From the NCBI RefSeq assembly GCF_009834535.1, contig NC_045696.1, positions 91,080,001 through 91,144,000 on the forward strand: DNA of 64,000 bases, in the 5' to 3' direction. The notes beneath the pieces are model-generated. The model was given only the letters and a program-made list of their open reading frames with translations. It did no database searches and was not told where the DNA came from. The position numbers were made by a program, and so were the translations under genes. The first letter of the stretch is position 1, and every line of letters begins with the position of its first letter. The DNA is from Camelus ferus. Lineage: Eukaryota. Shown here in pieces: positions 12,619 to 25,900 of this stretch.

Positions 12619-15600
12619 TTTTTTTTTTTTTTTTTTTTTTTTGATGTTCACCTCTTTTATTTATTTATTTAATTTATTTTTACGTATTTTATTGAGTAAT
12701 AGTTATTTTACAATGTTGTGTCAAATTCTAGTGTAGAGCAAAATTTTTCAGTCATACATGAACATGTATATATTCATTGTCGCATTTTTTTCGCTATGAG
12801 CTACAACAAGATCTTGTATATTTTTCTCTGTGCTTTACAGTATAATCTTGTTTATCTATTCTGCATTTTAAAATCCCAGTCTCTCCCTTCCCAACCCCCA
12901 CCCCCTTGGCAACCACTAGTTTGTATTCTATGTCTGTAAGTCTGTTTCTGTTTTGTATTTGTTTTGTTTGTTTGTTTGTTTTAGATTCCTCATATAAGCG
13001 ATCTGATATGGTATTTTTCTTTCTCTTTCTGGCTTACTTCACTTTGAATGACATTCTCCAGGAACATCCAGGTTGCTGCAAATGGCGTTATGTTGTCAGT
13101 TTTTATGGCTGAGTAGTATTCCATTGTATAAATATACCACCTCTTCTTTATCCACTCATCTGTTGATGGACATCTAGGCTGCTTCCATGTCTTGGCTATT
13201 GTGAATAGTGCTGCTATGAACATTGGGGTGCAGGTGTCATTTTGAAGTAGGGTTCCTTCTGGATATATACCCAGGAGCAGAGTTCCTGGGTCATATGGGA
13301 AGTCTATTCTTAGTCTTTTGAGGAATCTCCATACTGTTTTCCACAGTGGCTTTCTTTGCTTCCCTCTCTCACTCTTAATGATTTAGATGTCTTCTTTTAC
13401 ACTTTCGTGTTTATCCTTTTTATAATTCATGGCAGTTATCTCCTTTCCAGTTATAAGTTTCTCATTTTTGTAGCATCCTGCTTCTTTTCTATTTAGAGTA
13501 GACCTGTCAATGTTTCTTTTAGCATAGGTTTAGTGTAGCTAAACTCTTTTCGTTTTTGCTTGTCTGTGAAGTTCTTTATCTCTCCTTCTATTCTAAAGGA
13601 TAGCCTTGCTGGATAGAATATCCTAGGCTGCATCTTTTTTTTCATTCAGGACTTTGAATATGTCTTGCCACTCTCTTCTGGCCTGTAGTGTTTGTGTAGA
13701 GAAATCAGCTGAGAGCCTTATGGGGGTTCCCTTGTAACTGACTCTTTGATTTTCTCTTGCTGCCTTTAGGATCATTTCTTTATCCTTGACTCTGGCCGTC
13801 TTGATTATGGTATGTCTTGGTGTGGGTCTGTTTGGGTTCTTCTTGTTTGGGACCCTCTGAGCCTCCTGCACTTGGATATCTGATTCTTTCTTTAGGTTTG
13901 GGAAGTTTTCAGTCATAATTTCTTCAAATACCTTTTCAGTCCCCTTTGTTCTTCCTTCCCCTTCTGGAACTCCTATTATGCGTAGATTGGCATGTTTTAT
14001 ATTATCCCATAGGTCCCTTATATTTTTCATTGTTTTTTATTTGTTTTTCTCTCAGCTGTTGTGATTGGGTGCTTTCTGTTGTCTTGTCTTCTAGGTCACT
14101 TATTCGTTCCTTTGCATTATGTAGCCTGCTTTGTACAGTCTGTAGTTCAGCTCTCCTCTCAGCAAATGAGTTTACTAATTCTACTTGGTTCTTCTTTATA
14201 GCTTCTATTTCATTTTTGACATATTCTATATCTCTAAACACTATTTCTTTTAGTTCCTTCAGTACTTTGATCACTCCTTTTTTGAAATCTTGATCTAGTA
14301 GGCCATCAATGTCTATTTCCTTGATCATGCTTTCAAGAGATTTCTCTTGATCTTTTAATTGGGAGTGGTTCCTCTGCTTCTTCATATTGCTCATATCTCT
14401 CTGGCAGTGTGGCTTAAGGAGTATCAGTTATATAGTTATTCTGGAGATGGTGTACTCTTAATGATTTTATTGAGAGGTCTTTGTGTCTTCGCCCTGTTTC
14501 GTGAACTCAGCTTGCTGTTTCCAGAGGCCTTCTGTTGGCGCCCTCATCTGTGCTGCTCCCATTGGCTGTCAGCTAGCAGATCGCACCCCCTCCTAACACT
14601 GGGTCAGGAGCTGAGCTCTTAGCCGGTGGGCGGGCAGGTCACTCCCCCTCCTGATGCTGCAGTCAGATGCTGCACTCGGGGAGGCAGGTGGGTGGATTGC
14701 GCCCCCTCCCAGCACCGTAGTCAGGTGCTGCGTTCCTGCCAGGAAGGGGGGTGGCTGCCCGCCCTCTCCCGGCACTCGTTGCTCCACTGCTCTGTGCAGC
14801 TGCCTGCTCCGCCTTAGGTCAGCGCTCTGAAGGCGGGCTTGGGGAAGACCGCGGAATGGCCCTGCCCCTGCTCCGTGCCAAATCTCAGCTCCTTGTTTGT
14901 CTTGGTGTTGCAAGTTCTCTGAGGTGCCAGGGCAGAAAAAGCCTATCAGCCTCGGGCTGTAAACAAGTCTCAGTCCTGCCTAGGAGGTTGTGGAGCCCCC
15001 GGGTGTGGATTCAGGGCTTGGCCCCACCCCTGCCCCAGCGCTGTGCACAGGAGGAGATGGCGGCTGTGCCTGAGCCCTGCCTCTCTTCTCGTGAGAATCT
15101 CCAGTAATGGCGGCACAGGTCTGAGGAGACAAAGGCTACAGCGCCCCTCCCCCCAGAGCACACCAGCCGTGTTGCTTTGCTTTTTTCGCTATTTATGGGG
15201 GCCCGAGGTTGTTCTGCTCCGTATTCCCTCCCAGCCACGGTGTGCAGCCCCATTCAGTCCCCTGCGGTTGCCTCAGTGCAGCCGCCTCAGTCCTGCGCCT
15301 GGCTTAGGTGGCCTGCCCCAGCCCCAGCTGCTGGCTCGATTCTCGGGCTGGATGTCGCAGGGACCCTTTGTGCCTGTTTAACTCAGTTCTGTCGGTCAAG
15401 GGGTGCTCAGGGAAGATCTGAGCTTTGGAGGCTCCCCCTCCAACCCACTGGCCTCTCTGTTGGAGAGGGGAGACCTAGCAAACGAGCGCCAGTCCTCCTT
15501 TGCTGCTCCCTCCCCACGGGATCGGTCCTGCACTATTTTGCTTTTTCTTCTTTCTTTTTTCCTTTTCTCCTACCAGATTTTTGGTGTCTTTGTCTTTCGA

Positions 15601-15735
15601 AGAGAACAATGTTCTGTTGGAGTTTGGCAGGTGCTCTGGTTGGCTGAGTGGGTCTGTAGGTGTGAGTTCTGGTGTATTTGTGGGAGAGGGTGAGCTACAA
15701 GCGTCCTTCTACTCCACCATCTTGCTTCTCTCTCC
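12619..15735 (-). mobile_element. Younger ORF1-only L1 (5' UTR + ORF1 + spacer + last ~370 nt of ORF2 + 3' UTR + poly(A))
   Basis: Poly(T) at 12619-12642. ORF2 tail at 12990-13223. Junction at 13351/13352 into the inter-ORF spacer. ORF1 at 13493-14394. GC-rich 5' UTR ends at ~15735. TSD-like agtctttttt at 12615 and 15737. Confidence 0.9.
13493..14394 (-). pseudogene. L1 ORF1p, frameshifted
   Basis: ORFs 14002-14394 (MKKQRNHSQLK..., coiled coil) and 13623-14030 (LWDNIKHANLRIIGVPE...ARREW). Two frameshifts. Confidence 0.9.
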
Positions 15736-15744
15736 TAGTCTTTT

Positions 15745-15965
15745 TTGTTTTAGTTTTATTTTTTCGCTGAAGTGTAGTTGATTTACAATGTTAGTTTCAG
15801 GTTTACAGCAAAGTGATTCAGTTATACATATACATGCACATAAATATATATATTTTCAAATTCTTTTCCATTATAGCTTATTATAAGAAACTGAATATAA
15901 TTCCCTGAGCTATGCAGTAGGTCCTTGTTGTTGAAGTATTTTATATATAATAGTGTTCATCTGTC
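15745..15965 (-). mobile_element. Short L1 3'-end insertion
   Basis: T-rich tail plus 'gaagtgtagttgatttacaatgttagtttcagg...'. Same family as the 5192 and 22329 copies. Confidence 0.75.
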
Positions 15966-18900
15966 ATTGTTCTGTAGTCAGTTGTGATTTTGGTGTGCTT
16001 AGGAGAGGAGGTGAGCTCTGTCTCCTACTTTGCCGTCCTGGCTGCCAGCCCCTTCACATTTTACATGCTTCTCAAGATGTGGGAGTAAGTTTCATAATCT
16101 ATCCATGACTGTCCATCCAAGATTCTCCTTTCATCAACTGCTTCCTTCAGAGAGGAAAATGTTGAAGCTCAAAATAGCTTCTTCCAGCACTCAGCTCTTC
16201 ACTCCTGTGCCTCACACCAACATGGGTTTTCCCTCAGGCTGCAGTGTCCATTAGAGGTTTTAAAAGAGGGGGAAGCCATGATAAATGGTAGTTCCATTCA
16301 TTCATGAACACATGAAAAACTGAGTAGGGAGGAAGAGAAAAGGAAAAGGTTATTCTCAAGATTTTGAATTTTAGTCCCTGGAAAAAGGATGATACTATTG
16401 CTGGAAATTCTCAAGGTGTGAAAGGGCCACTGTTCATGGGTAGGTAATGAGCCAGAGTCTGAAAACACTGATAACCAGGAGATGGCATGCTCTCCTTGTG
16501 GGCTGAGGGAACTGGGGATCTTGGGTGGGAGGCTCAGATTTGACTATCATCCCACATTGCAGATGGTTAAACTATGAAGTAGGCTCTGTTGATGAGCTGA
16601 AATGGATAGAGAAAGCACCTGAGGAATGAGGACTGAGTCTCTGTTTATAGCCAGAATGAAAACAGGAGAGAGGTAGACAGAATGACAGGGAGGAAAACAA
16701 GACAGGAGAAGCATAGATGTACTTTTTTCCTGGAATGCCATGCCTGCTTTTCCTTCCTTGTGAACTCAACCCTGATCTTCTTAACTCAGTTCACATTCTC
16801 CAGGACATTTCTCCAGGCTTTGGTTTGTTGGGTAAAAGGATACACCCAGTGAGTCTTCTAATAACATTCCCTGCCTGTTTATAACTATAGGGTTCTTTTC
16901 TGACTTCCCTATTGGATTATAAATTTCTTGAAGGCAGAGATGGTGCTAACCTCAGTGCCTGGCACAAACTTGGGTCCATCAGTAGATGTTTGATGAATGA
17001 CTACATTCAGAACTAAGAGAAAAGGTGGCTTTGAGAAAGAGGGACTGTGGGCAGGAATAATACATCACGTAGTATAAAATATTAAGCTTTGATGGAAATG
17101 TTTGATTCCAGATTAGGGGTCATTGTAGATCTTCAAGAGCAGAATCAGAATAGGATTGGAGTGCCCTGATGGAGATCTCACTGTTTGCAGGTGAGGAGGG
17201 GTTGGAGAAGGGAATGGGTGGTAATGAGATGGCAGTGGAGGGATAATTTGTACCCCAAATTTGGTGGGGAAATAAAGGAGATATGGAGGAGACAGTGAGC
17301 AGAAGTTTTGTCCATTAAAAAAAAATTGTTTTTGAGATGAGGAAAATCAGGATCATGGGTAAACCATTAACAAATACCCTCAAGTTATAGTTAGCTATTA
17401 GACCTATGAAATGCCAGACATTCAGATACTTTTGACATTGTCCTGTCCACCTTTACCTGGATAGTTCCCCTTAGGCACAAATTAGATCTGAATGTGGTAG
17501 AACCATATTCCACCCTGAGCTATGACTAAATGCTCTTTCAATAGTCAGCCTAAAAATTATTTTTACCTAGATGGCAACTGCAAGTTTTAATTTATTATTT
17601 ATGAACCTTTACAGCTGTATTTCCACGAGAATGAATTGCTGGTTCATTTATCAGGTGTGATGGAGGGGATGTTAACAGGTAGGCCTGAAAACTTGGAGAA
17701 GGGATAACTTACTTAAATCATGGTTGGTGAAGGTGTGGAGAGGTTCCTGACAGGACTGTGAGGAAAGGTGGAGGGAATGCCAAAAGTTGATTGATGTCCC
17801 TCCTTTGTGTCAGAAAGCATAAATTTCTCTCACAGAGCTTTGGAGGTTGACAGCATTTGTACTTCCAAAACTCTATTGATGTGTGTGTTAAAATGTATGT
17901 AGCCATCCCATTTATTCCAATTAAAATATGCCATTACCTCAGATATACTTGTGACCAGATTTTCAGACTGATAAACTCCTCTCTACATTCAAGGACCTAG
18001 TTGTAAGGCACCTCTTTTCCCTAACTCTCCCAGTAGAGTAATTTGCTTCCTTCTCTATTTCTTCAGCACTTGATGCTATGTGTACTCTGTGGTGTCATAA
18101 TTTATTTTGGACACAGTGTCTTTTCTGCTAGATGGAGCTCTTCTAGGTCAGGGGTCCTGTTTTAACACTTTCTGTATCCTTGGCACCCAGAACAAATTAG
18201 CCAGAGCAGGCACTTAAGAAAAGTCTGTTGAGTGGATGAATGAAATGGCAGGGAAAAGACATTATACACACTTGGATTCTTCTTAAACACATAGTTGATC
18301 AATTTTGTTTTAAAGACCCACCTGTGTTGAAAAACAAGCGGCAGCTGTGGGGTGAGGATTAGGTGAGAAGAGATAAAGAACCCAAGTGATGATGCAGCTG
18401 AGGAGTTTCAGGAAAAGGAGCTACCCAGAGGCTGGTGAGGGTGGGATCTGGGAGGCAGAGGGGACTGGTTAGTGTTTTTTGGACTCCTGCATGGCATGCC
18501 AGGGAGGCATCGATCTTACAGAATTTGCATGGAGCAGGTTCTTCTTTGTAGCTAAGTCAGGTACATCCACACAGGGCTGCCTCTCATAGAAGAAAGTGAG
18601 CTGTGTTGGAAAACAGGCAAGAAGAAACTTGTTTCACTCAGGACAAAATTCTAATTCTCAGAAGTCCACAAAACGATGCAAAGGAAACTTTTGAAAGGCA
18701 GAAATTATAGAAGTTCTGGACAACAGAGACTGACAGGTTGTGATAACATCACCATTCAAAAAGTTTTATTTTAAATCTGAATTCTTTTGTTAAAAACTAT
18801 GGCCTCCTTTCCTATATTGGAAGACTCTGCCCAGAAAATATAATAACCTTCTGTCTTACTAATGTGTGATGTTTCACTTATTCCCAAGAGTTCTGCTTCT

Positions 18901-19479
18901 CAAAAATTCAAAAATATAAAAACCAGCCAAATTGTTTAAAGTTTGGCAATATAGTGTTCCATTTATATGAAAATATAACACATTTAAATGTAGATTTCAA
19001 TTAATCCATTAAATGGTTTATTTGAACTGCAGCGAAACCTAACGATTTTGTGAGCAAATCAAATACAATTGATATATTTCCCATTCCATAAACTAATGAG
19101 TAATATTATATTTGTAAAGGTTTAAAAGAGTCTTTCAAACCTTAAATATAAAGTTTTTGTATATTTTCTCTCTCCAATTCATTAAATTTCGTAATTTCTT
19201 GAAATTTTCAGGTTTATCATTCCTAATTGGTGTGAATAGAGAAAGGCTGACAAAGTTTGCTTGTGGGTTGGTGAGAGAAATCAGTAGGAATTTCCTGACC
19301 TTGCTAAGGTATTAGGGTAGGATAATAAGATCAAGAATTTGAGGAAAATCCTGTGACCCAGGAAATCATTCCTACAATGGCTTCTCTGAAGACCCAGGTG
19401 TGTTTCTGTGTTTAGGTGGCATGGAGTAAGTGACTGTCCCAGCCTCTTGTGACTATTTGGAAGCTCCAAACCATCAGGG

Positions 19480-19640
19480 TAATAGAAAGAGCATTGGACT
19501 TGAGTCTCAGCTTTGTCACACATACCCTGGGTAACATTGAACAAATCATTTAACCTTTTTGTGCCTCAACGTTCTCATCTCCAACATGGAGCAGTTGATA
19601 TTCATCCTACCCACTTAACAAGGATGACGTCATAAAAGTT
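19480..19640 (+). mobile_element. MIR fragment
   Basis: 'gaacaaatcatttaacctttttgtgcctcaacgttctcatct'. Confidence 0.6.
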
Positions 19641-22600
19641 GCAGAAGGTTACACCTGAAAGTAAGCATCTACTTCAACCACAAACTTTTCCCTTTCTGGG
19701 TCATCAGTTAAGTGACTTTAGATTAGAGAAGGCAAAATGGTACTTAGCACCTGTACTGACTGAACGTGCATGGCCTCTCTCCAAGGAGGGACGTGGAGAC
19801 CTTGAGTCTTCTTCTTCCTGGGGCATCTTCTGGGTCTAGAGTTCCATGCTTTGGGAACTGTTTGGTGTAATGCCATGATGAACAAAGTGCACTGGGGTTA
19901 GTAGGGGACTCCTGAAAATAAGGGAGGACACTTTGAGACAGATGACTTTCTGAAAAAAAAAAAAAAAAAAAAAAAAGGCTAATGATTAATTCAGTCATGA
20001 CATTTTGTAATCACAAACTGATGAGGACTGGACTATCTGGATTACAAATCAGAATATTTTTAGTATGTTAAAAAGGACCAATTAGCCATACCTGATGACA
20101 GCTATGTCCTTTGAATTTTGTGGAAACACAATGGAAAGCATCAGAAGAGACTATGCTTTAGAATTTTAAACTGCCAAGGAGCATTTTAAAATAAAAAAAA
20201 GCCATTTTTATGGCTTGAATGCCTCACTCATGGTTATTACTTCATTCTATATGGCGATATCTCCTACTGCAGAGGGACAGCTCTGTATCTTGAACAGTAC
20301 TGTCACCTGCCACCATGTGGTGGCTCTGGTTGGGAATGGTGGTGAGGGTGGCCATGCTTATAAATACTGGATGGAGTAGCCGCTTAGGACTCACTGCTTT
20401 GGAAGTAATGGAAGAGTAATTCACTCCCATAAAGAAATCCCTTTAGAATAAGGATGTTTGCAGTTTGTGTCCTCGTATCTAAGAAATATAGAAACTAGAA
20501 CTCCAGAAAAATTTTGAATTTTGAAAATCGATTTTACCTTCACTGTTTCAATTAGATGGTGGTGGCTGAAGAACCCACCCTTGGAAGGAATAAGAGGCTC
20601 TTTGTTTTATTCTCAGAACATTGTTTCCTAACTTTTATTTTTTGAAATATGTCCCTTTTTGATTTTCTTGAAAGCCATGCACGTTCTCCATAGAAAAATG
20701 CATAGAGGTGGTGGAACCTGGTAACACATAAAAGCCTTGTTCATGATGACTCAGGTGGGACCCTTTGCATTTGGAAATACTCTGTGTTTCAAAACTAACC
20801 TGACTCTTTTTTGTTTTCCCAAAAGGAGATTCAGAATTTTGCATTAGGAAGATAGGTTATGGGAATACTGGGGTCCCTCCTCCAAAGTTGTTTCTGTTAA
20901 CTGTATGTTGAAATTGACTACTTCATATCTTTTCTGATTTGAACTGAATGCTTGCTCTTGGGTAAAGATGTCCTCTTTCCTTCTCATGGGAAAAGAAAGT
21001 TTCCCATTGAAAAAATTGAGAAATCTTTCGTTGAGAAATCTTTTGTTGAGGATTCATTTGATTTTCTATTTGAGATAATAACCTAATATATTCCCAAAGA
21101 GAAAATTTGGATTCACCTGTCAGAACAAGACTGCTAAACAGTGACTATGTAGGATTGAAATCATACCATTCAGTTACTTCTGAAAAAGTGTATATTACCA
21201 CCCCTTTTAAAGTGTCTGCCAACTAATGGCAGGAGGAGTTGTAATTTATAAGACCAGAAAATGTTTTAGAAATAAAGCATCGCATGCAGGGGAAAGAAAT
21301 TTTAGAGATGTCTTTGAGCCAGCACAAACTTTCCTTTCCTGAGCAAGTTAGGATGTCAGGGCCACAAAAACATGTTAAACCTCATAGTTCCTGGCATATA
21401 CCTAATGTTTGTGCCCTCTAAAAATAAGATCTACTTATGACATTAAATGGAAAATTTAGGATAAATGTCCAGAGTACGGTAGTTGGCATGGTTGTTTCAC
21501 ATTCCACATGTAATTAAGGATACATCAGTATTTTGCAATGCATAATACCTGCCCACACTTGGCAAATTTTAGATATAGGAACGTACCGTAGCACAATGTG
21601 GGAAACCAGCATAAAAACTCGGTATCCTAGGTATGAACTAAGCAACTTTACTTTAGTGCTTAATAAAATATTTTTGTGTTGGAGAGACTGATGAATCCAA
21701 GACACATGGAAATGAACTTGGGAGCTTCAATTAAGTCTAGTCTCAGAATACGGCAAACTATAGACACAGAATAAAAATGCAGACCAAATAATTTCCTTTC
21801 TTTGCTTAATTCCAGGAAAAGTGAAAGATTCTCATGGAGGCCATTTATTATTCTTTTTTGGCTCCTCAGTAAATGAACTCCCTTTCTGTTTGAAGAATTC
21901 CCCCCTTATGAGTCTTAGTGAGAAAGAGAGAACATATTCCACTATGGAAGTGGAAATGCCAGCTGAGGGCTCTGCCAGCCTCCTGAGAGCCAGGAGCAGG
22001 CATGTGGCTTCACTGACTTAGATTCAGTAGGTGCAGACATGGAAGCAGGGACTGCTAGGGTTCCACTCTGTTGTGGGTGGTAGACAGACTCCATTTAGTA
22101 GGACTCCATTCAGTGGAGCTAGGTCTCCATTCTGGTGTGGGTGGGGGTCTAGCTACAGGGTCCTGCAGCCTGCATTGGGATGCCAGCAGATCAAGAGGCT
22201 GGTGGCTGGCCAGGTCTGTGCCCAAGAGCAGCAAGGTTCTCACGGGACAGTGCTGAGGTATTATTTTGGGCACTGCTATCAGTTTGCAGCCTCAAAGCTG
22301 GTTCTTAGCTTTCTAGATAGAAACCTTTTAAAAAATATATTTATTATTTAAAAAAATTAAAGTATAGCTAACTTACAGTTTTCAGGTTTATAGCAAAGTG
22401 ATTCAGTTATGTATATAATTTTTCAGATCCTTTTCCATTATAGGTTATTACAAGATATTGAATATAGTTTCCTGTGCTATATAGTAGGTCCATGTTGTTT
22501 ACTATCTTATGCATAGATATATAGTGCATGTCTATTAATCCCAAATTGCTAATTTATCCCTCCCTCCTTTCCCCTTTGGCACCCACAAGTTTGTTTTCTA

Positions 22601-22965
22601 TGCCTGTGAGTCTATTTTTCATTTGTAAATAAATTCATTTGCATCATTTTTTAACTTTTTTTTATTGATTTATAATCATTTTACAATGTTGTGTCAAATT
22701 CCAGTGTAGAGCACAATTTTTCAGTTATGCATGAACATGTATTTATTCATTGTCACATTTTTTTCTCTGTGAGCTACCATAAGATCTTGTATATATTTCC
22801 CTGTGCTATACAGTATAATCTTGTTTATCTATTCTACAATTTTGAAATCCCAGTCTATCTCTCTCTTCCCACCCCCTCCCCTCTTGGCAACCACAAGTTT
22901 ATATTCTATGTCTGTGAGTCTATTTCTGTTTTGTATTTATGCTTTTTTTTTTTTTTTTTTTTTTT

Positions 22966-25900
22966 TTAGATTCCACATATGAGCGATCTCATATGGTATT
23001 TTTCTTTCTCTTTCTGGCTTACTTCACTTAGAATGACATTCTCCAGGAGCATCCAGGTTGCTGCAAATGGTGTTATGTTGTCGGTTTTTATGGCTGAGTA
23101 GTATTCCATTGTATAAATATACCACCTCTTCTTTATCCACTCATCTGTTGATGGACATCTAGGCTGCTTCCATGTCTTGGCTATTGTAAATAGTGCTGCT
23201 ATGAACATTGGGGTGCAGGTGTCATCCTGAAGTAGATTTCCTTCTGGATACAAGCCCAGGAGTGGGATTCCTGGGTCAAATGGTAAGTCTATTCCTAGTC
23301 TTTTGAGGAATCTCCATACTGTTTTCCACAGTGGCTGCACCAAACTGCATTCCCACCAGCAGTGTAGGAGGGTTCCCAATTCTCCACAGCCTCTCCAGCA
23401 TTTGTCATTTGTGGATTTTTGAATGATGGCCATTCTGACTGGTGTGAGGTGATACCTCATTGTAGTTTTGATTTGCATTTCTCTGATAATTAGTGATATT
23501 GAGCATTTTCTCATGTGCCTATTGATCATTTGTATGTCTTCCTTGGAGAATTGCTTGTTTAGGTCTTCTGCCCATTTTTGGATTGGGTTGTTTATTTTTT
23601 TCTTATTGAGCCGTATGAGCTGCTTATATATTCTGGAGATCAAGCCTTTGTCAGTTTCATTTGCAAAAATTTTCTCCCATTCTGTAGGTTGTCTTTTTGT
23701 TTTACTTATGGTTTCCTTTGCTGTGCAGAAGCTTGTAAGTTTCATTAGGTCCCATTTGTTTATTCTTGCGTTTATTTCTTCTAGGAGAAAATTTTTGAGA
23801 TGTATGTCAGATAATGTTTTGCCTATGTTTTCCTCTAGGAGGTTTATTGTATCTTGTCTTATGTTTAAGTCTTTGATCCATCTTGAGTTGATTTTTGTGT
23901 ATGGTGTAAGGGAGTGTTCTAGCTTCATTGTTTTACATGCTGCTGTCCAGTCTTCCCAACACCATTTGCTGAAGAGACTGTCTTTATTCCATTGTATATT
24001 CTTGCCTCCTTTGTCGAAGATGAGTTGACCAAAAGTTTGTGGGTTCATTTCTGGGCTCTCTATTCTGTTCCATTGGTCTATATGTCTGTTTTGGTACCAA
24101 TACCACGCTGTCTTGATGACTGTAGCTCTATAGTATTGCCTGAAGTCTGGGAGAGTTATTCCTCCAGCCTCTTTCTTTCTCTTCAGTAATGCATTGGCAA
24201 TTCTAGGTCTTTGATGGTTCCATATGAATTTTATTATGATTTGTTCTAGTTCTGTGAAATATGTCCTGGGTAATTTGATAGGGATTGCATTAAATCTGTA
24301 GATTGCCTTGGGCAGTGTGACCATTTTAACAATATTGATTCTTCCAATCCAAGAGCATGGGATATCTTTCCATTTTTTAAAGTCTTCTTCAATTTTCTTC
24401 ATCAGTGGTTTATAGTTTTCTGTGTATAATTCTTTCACCTCCTTGGTTAGATTTATTCCCAGATATTTTATTACTTTGGGTGCTGTTTTAAAGGGGATTG
24501 TTTCTTTACTTTCTTTTTCTGTTGATTCATCATTAGTGTAAAGAAATGGCATTGATTTTTGAACATTAATCTTGTAACCTGCTACCTTGCTGAATTCTTC
24601 AATCAGCTCTAGTAGTTTTTGTGTGGACCTTTTAGGGTCTTCTATATATAGTAACATGGCGGCATATAGTGACACTTTTACCTCTTCTCTTCCAATTTGG
24701 ATCCCTTTTATTTCTCTCTCTTGCCTGATTGCTGTGGCTAGGACTTCCAAGATTTTGTTGAATAGGAGTGGTGATAGTGGGCATCCTTGTCTTGTCCCAG
24801 ATTTTAGTGGGAAGCTTTTGAGTTTTTCACCGTTGAGTACTATGCTGGCTGTAGGTTTGTCATAATAGCTTTTATTATGTTGGGATATGTTCCCTCTATA
24901 CCCACTTTGGTGAGAGTTTTTATCATAAATGGGTGTTGAATTTTATCAAATGCTTTTTCTGCATTGATTGAGATGATCATTTGGTTTTTGTCCTTTCTCT
25001 TGTTGATGGGATGTATTACATTGATTGATTTGCATATGTTGAACCAGCCTTGTGTCCCTGGGATGAACCCCACTTGGTCATGATGTATAATCTTTTTTAT
25101 GTGTTGTTGGATTCTATTTGCTAATATTTTGGTGAGGATTTTAGTGTCTATGTTCATCAGTGATATTGGCCTATAATTCTCTTTTTTTGGAGTGTCTTTG
25201 CCTGGTTTTGGTATCAGGGTGATGGTGGCTTCATAGAATGAGTTTGGGAGTATTCCCTCCTTTTCAATCGTCTGGAAGAGTTTGAGAAGGACTGGTATGA
25301 GTTCTTCTTTGTATGTTTTGTAGAATTCCCTGGTGAAGGCATCTGGTTCTGGACTTTTATTTGTAGGGAGGTTTTTTCTTGCTCATTTGATTTCATTTCT
25401 AGTGATCGGTTTGTTCAAGTGGTCAGTTTCTTCTTGATTCAGTTTTGGTGGACAGTATGTTTCCAGAAACTTGTCCATCTCCTCTAGGTTATCCAGTTTG
25501 GTTCCATATAGTTTTTCATAATATTCTCGTATGATATTCTGTATTTCTATTTTATTTGTTGTAATTTCTCCATTCTCCTTTCTTATTTTGCTAATTTGTG
25601 CTCTCTCTTTTTTCTTCTTTGTGAGTTTGGCCAGAGGTTTGTCGATTTTATTTACTTTTTCAAAAAACCAGCTTTTGGTTTGGTTGATTTTTTCTATGGT
25701 CTTGTTAATCTCTATTGTATTTAATTCCTCTCTGATCTTTATTATTTCCTTCCTTCTGCTGCTTTTTGGGGCTTTTTGTTCTTCTTTTTCTAATTCATTC
25801 AGGTGGTGGGTTAAATTGTTTATTTGAGATTGCTCTTCTTTTTTGAGGAAGGCCTGTATCGCTATAAACTTCCCTCTTGACACTGCCTTTGCTGTGTCCC

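Larger units (their letters stand above)
8705..16045 (-). mobile_element. Older, internally deleted L1 hosting two nested insertions
   Basis: 3' UTR from 8705. ORF2 C-terminal remnants (9366-10482 ORFs, e.g. [15 protein letters not shown]). Jumps to ORF1 at ~10917 (11018-11248 ORF1-like). 5' UTR runs 11600-12616 and resumes at ~15966 ('gtgattttggtgtgcttaggagaggaggtgagctc'). Confidence 0.8.

Noticed and set aside
19953..19976. Isolated poly(A) tract as a retrocopy tail
   Set aside because: No convincing TSD, polyadenylation signal or recognisable body.
21016..21050. 15-bp tandem duplication (ttgagaaatctttcg)
   Set aside because: Ordinary slippage duplication, not a CRISPR-like array.
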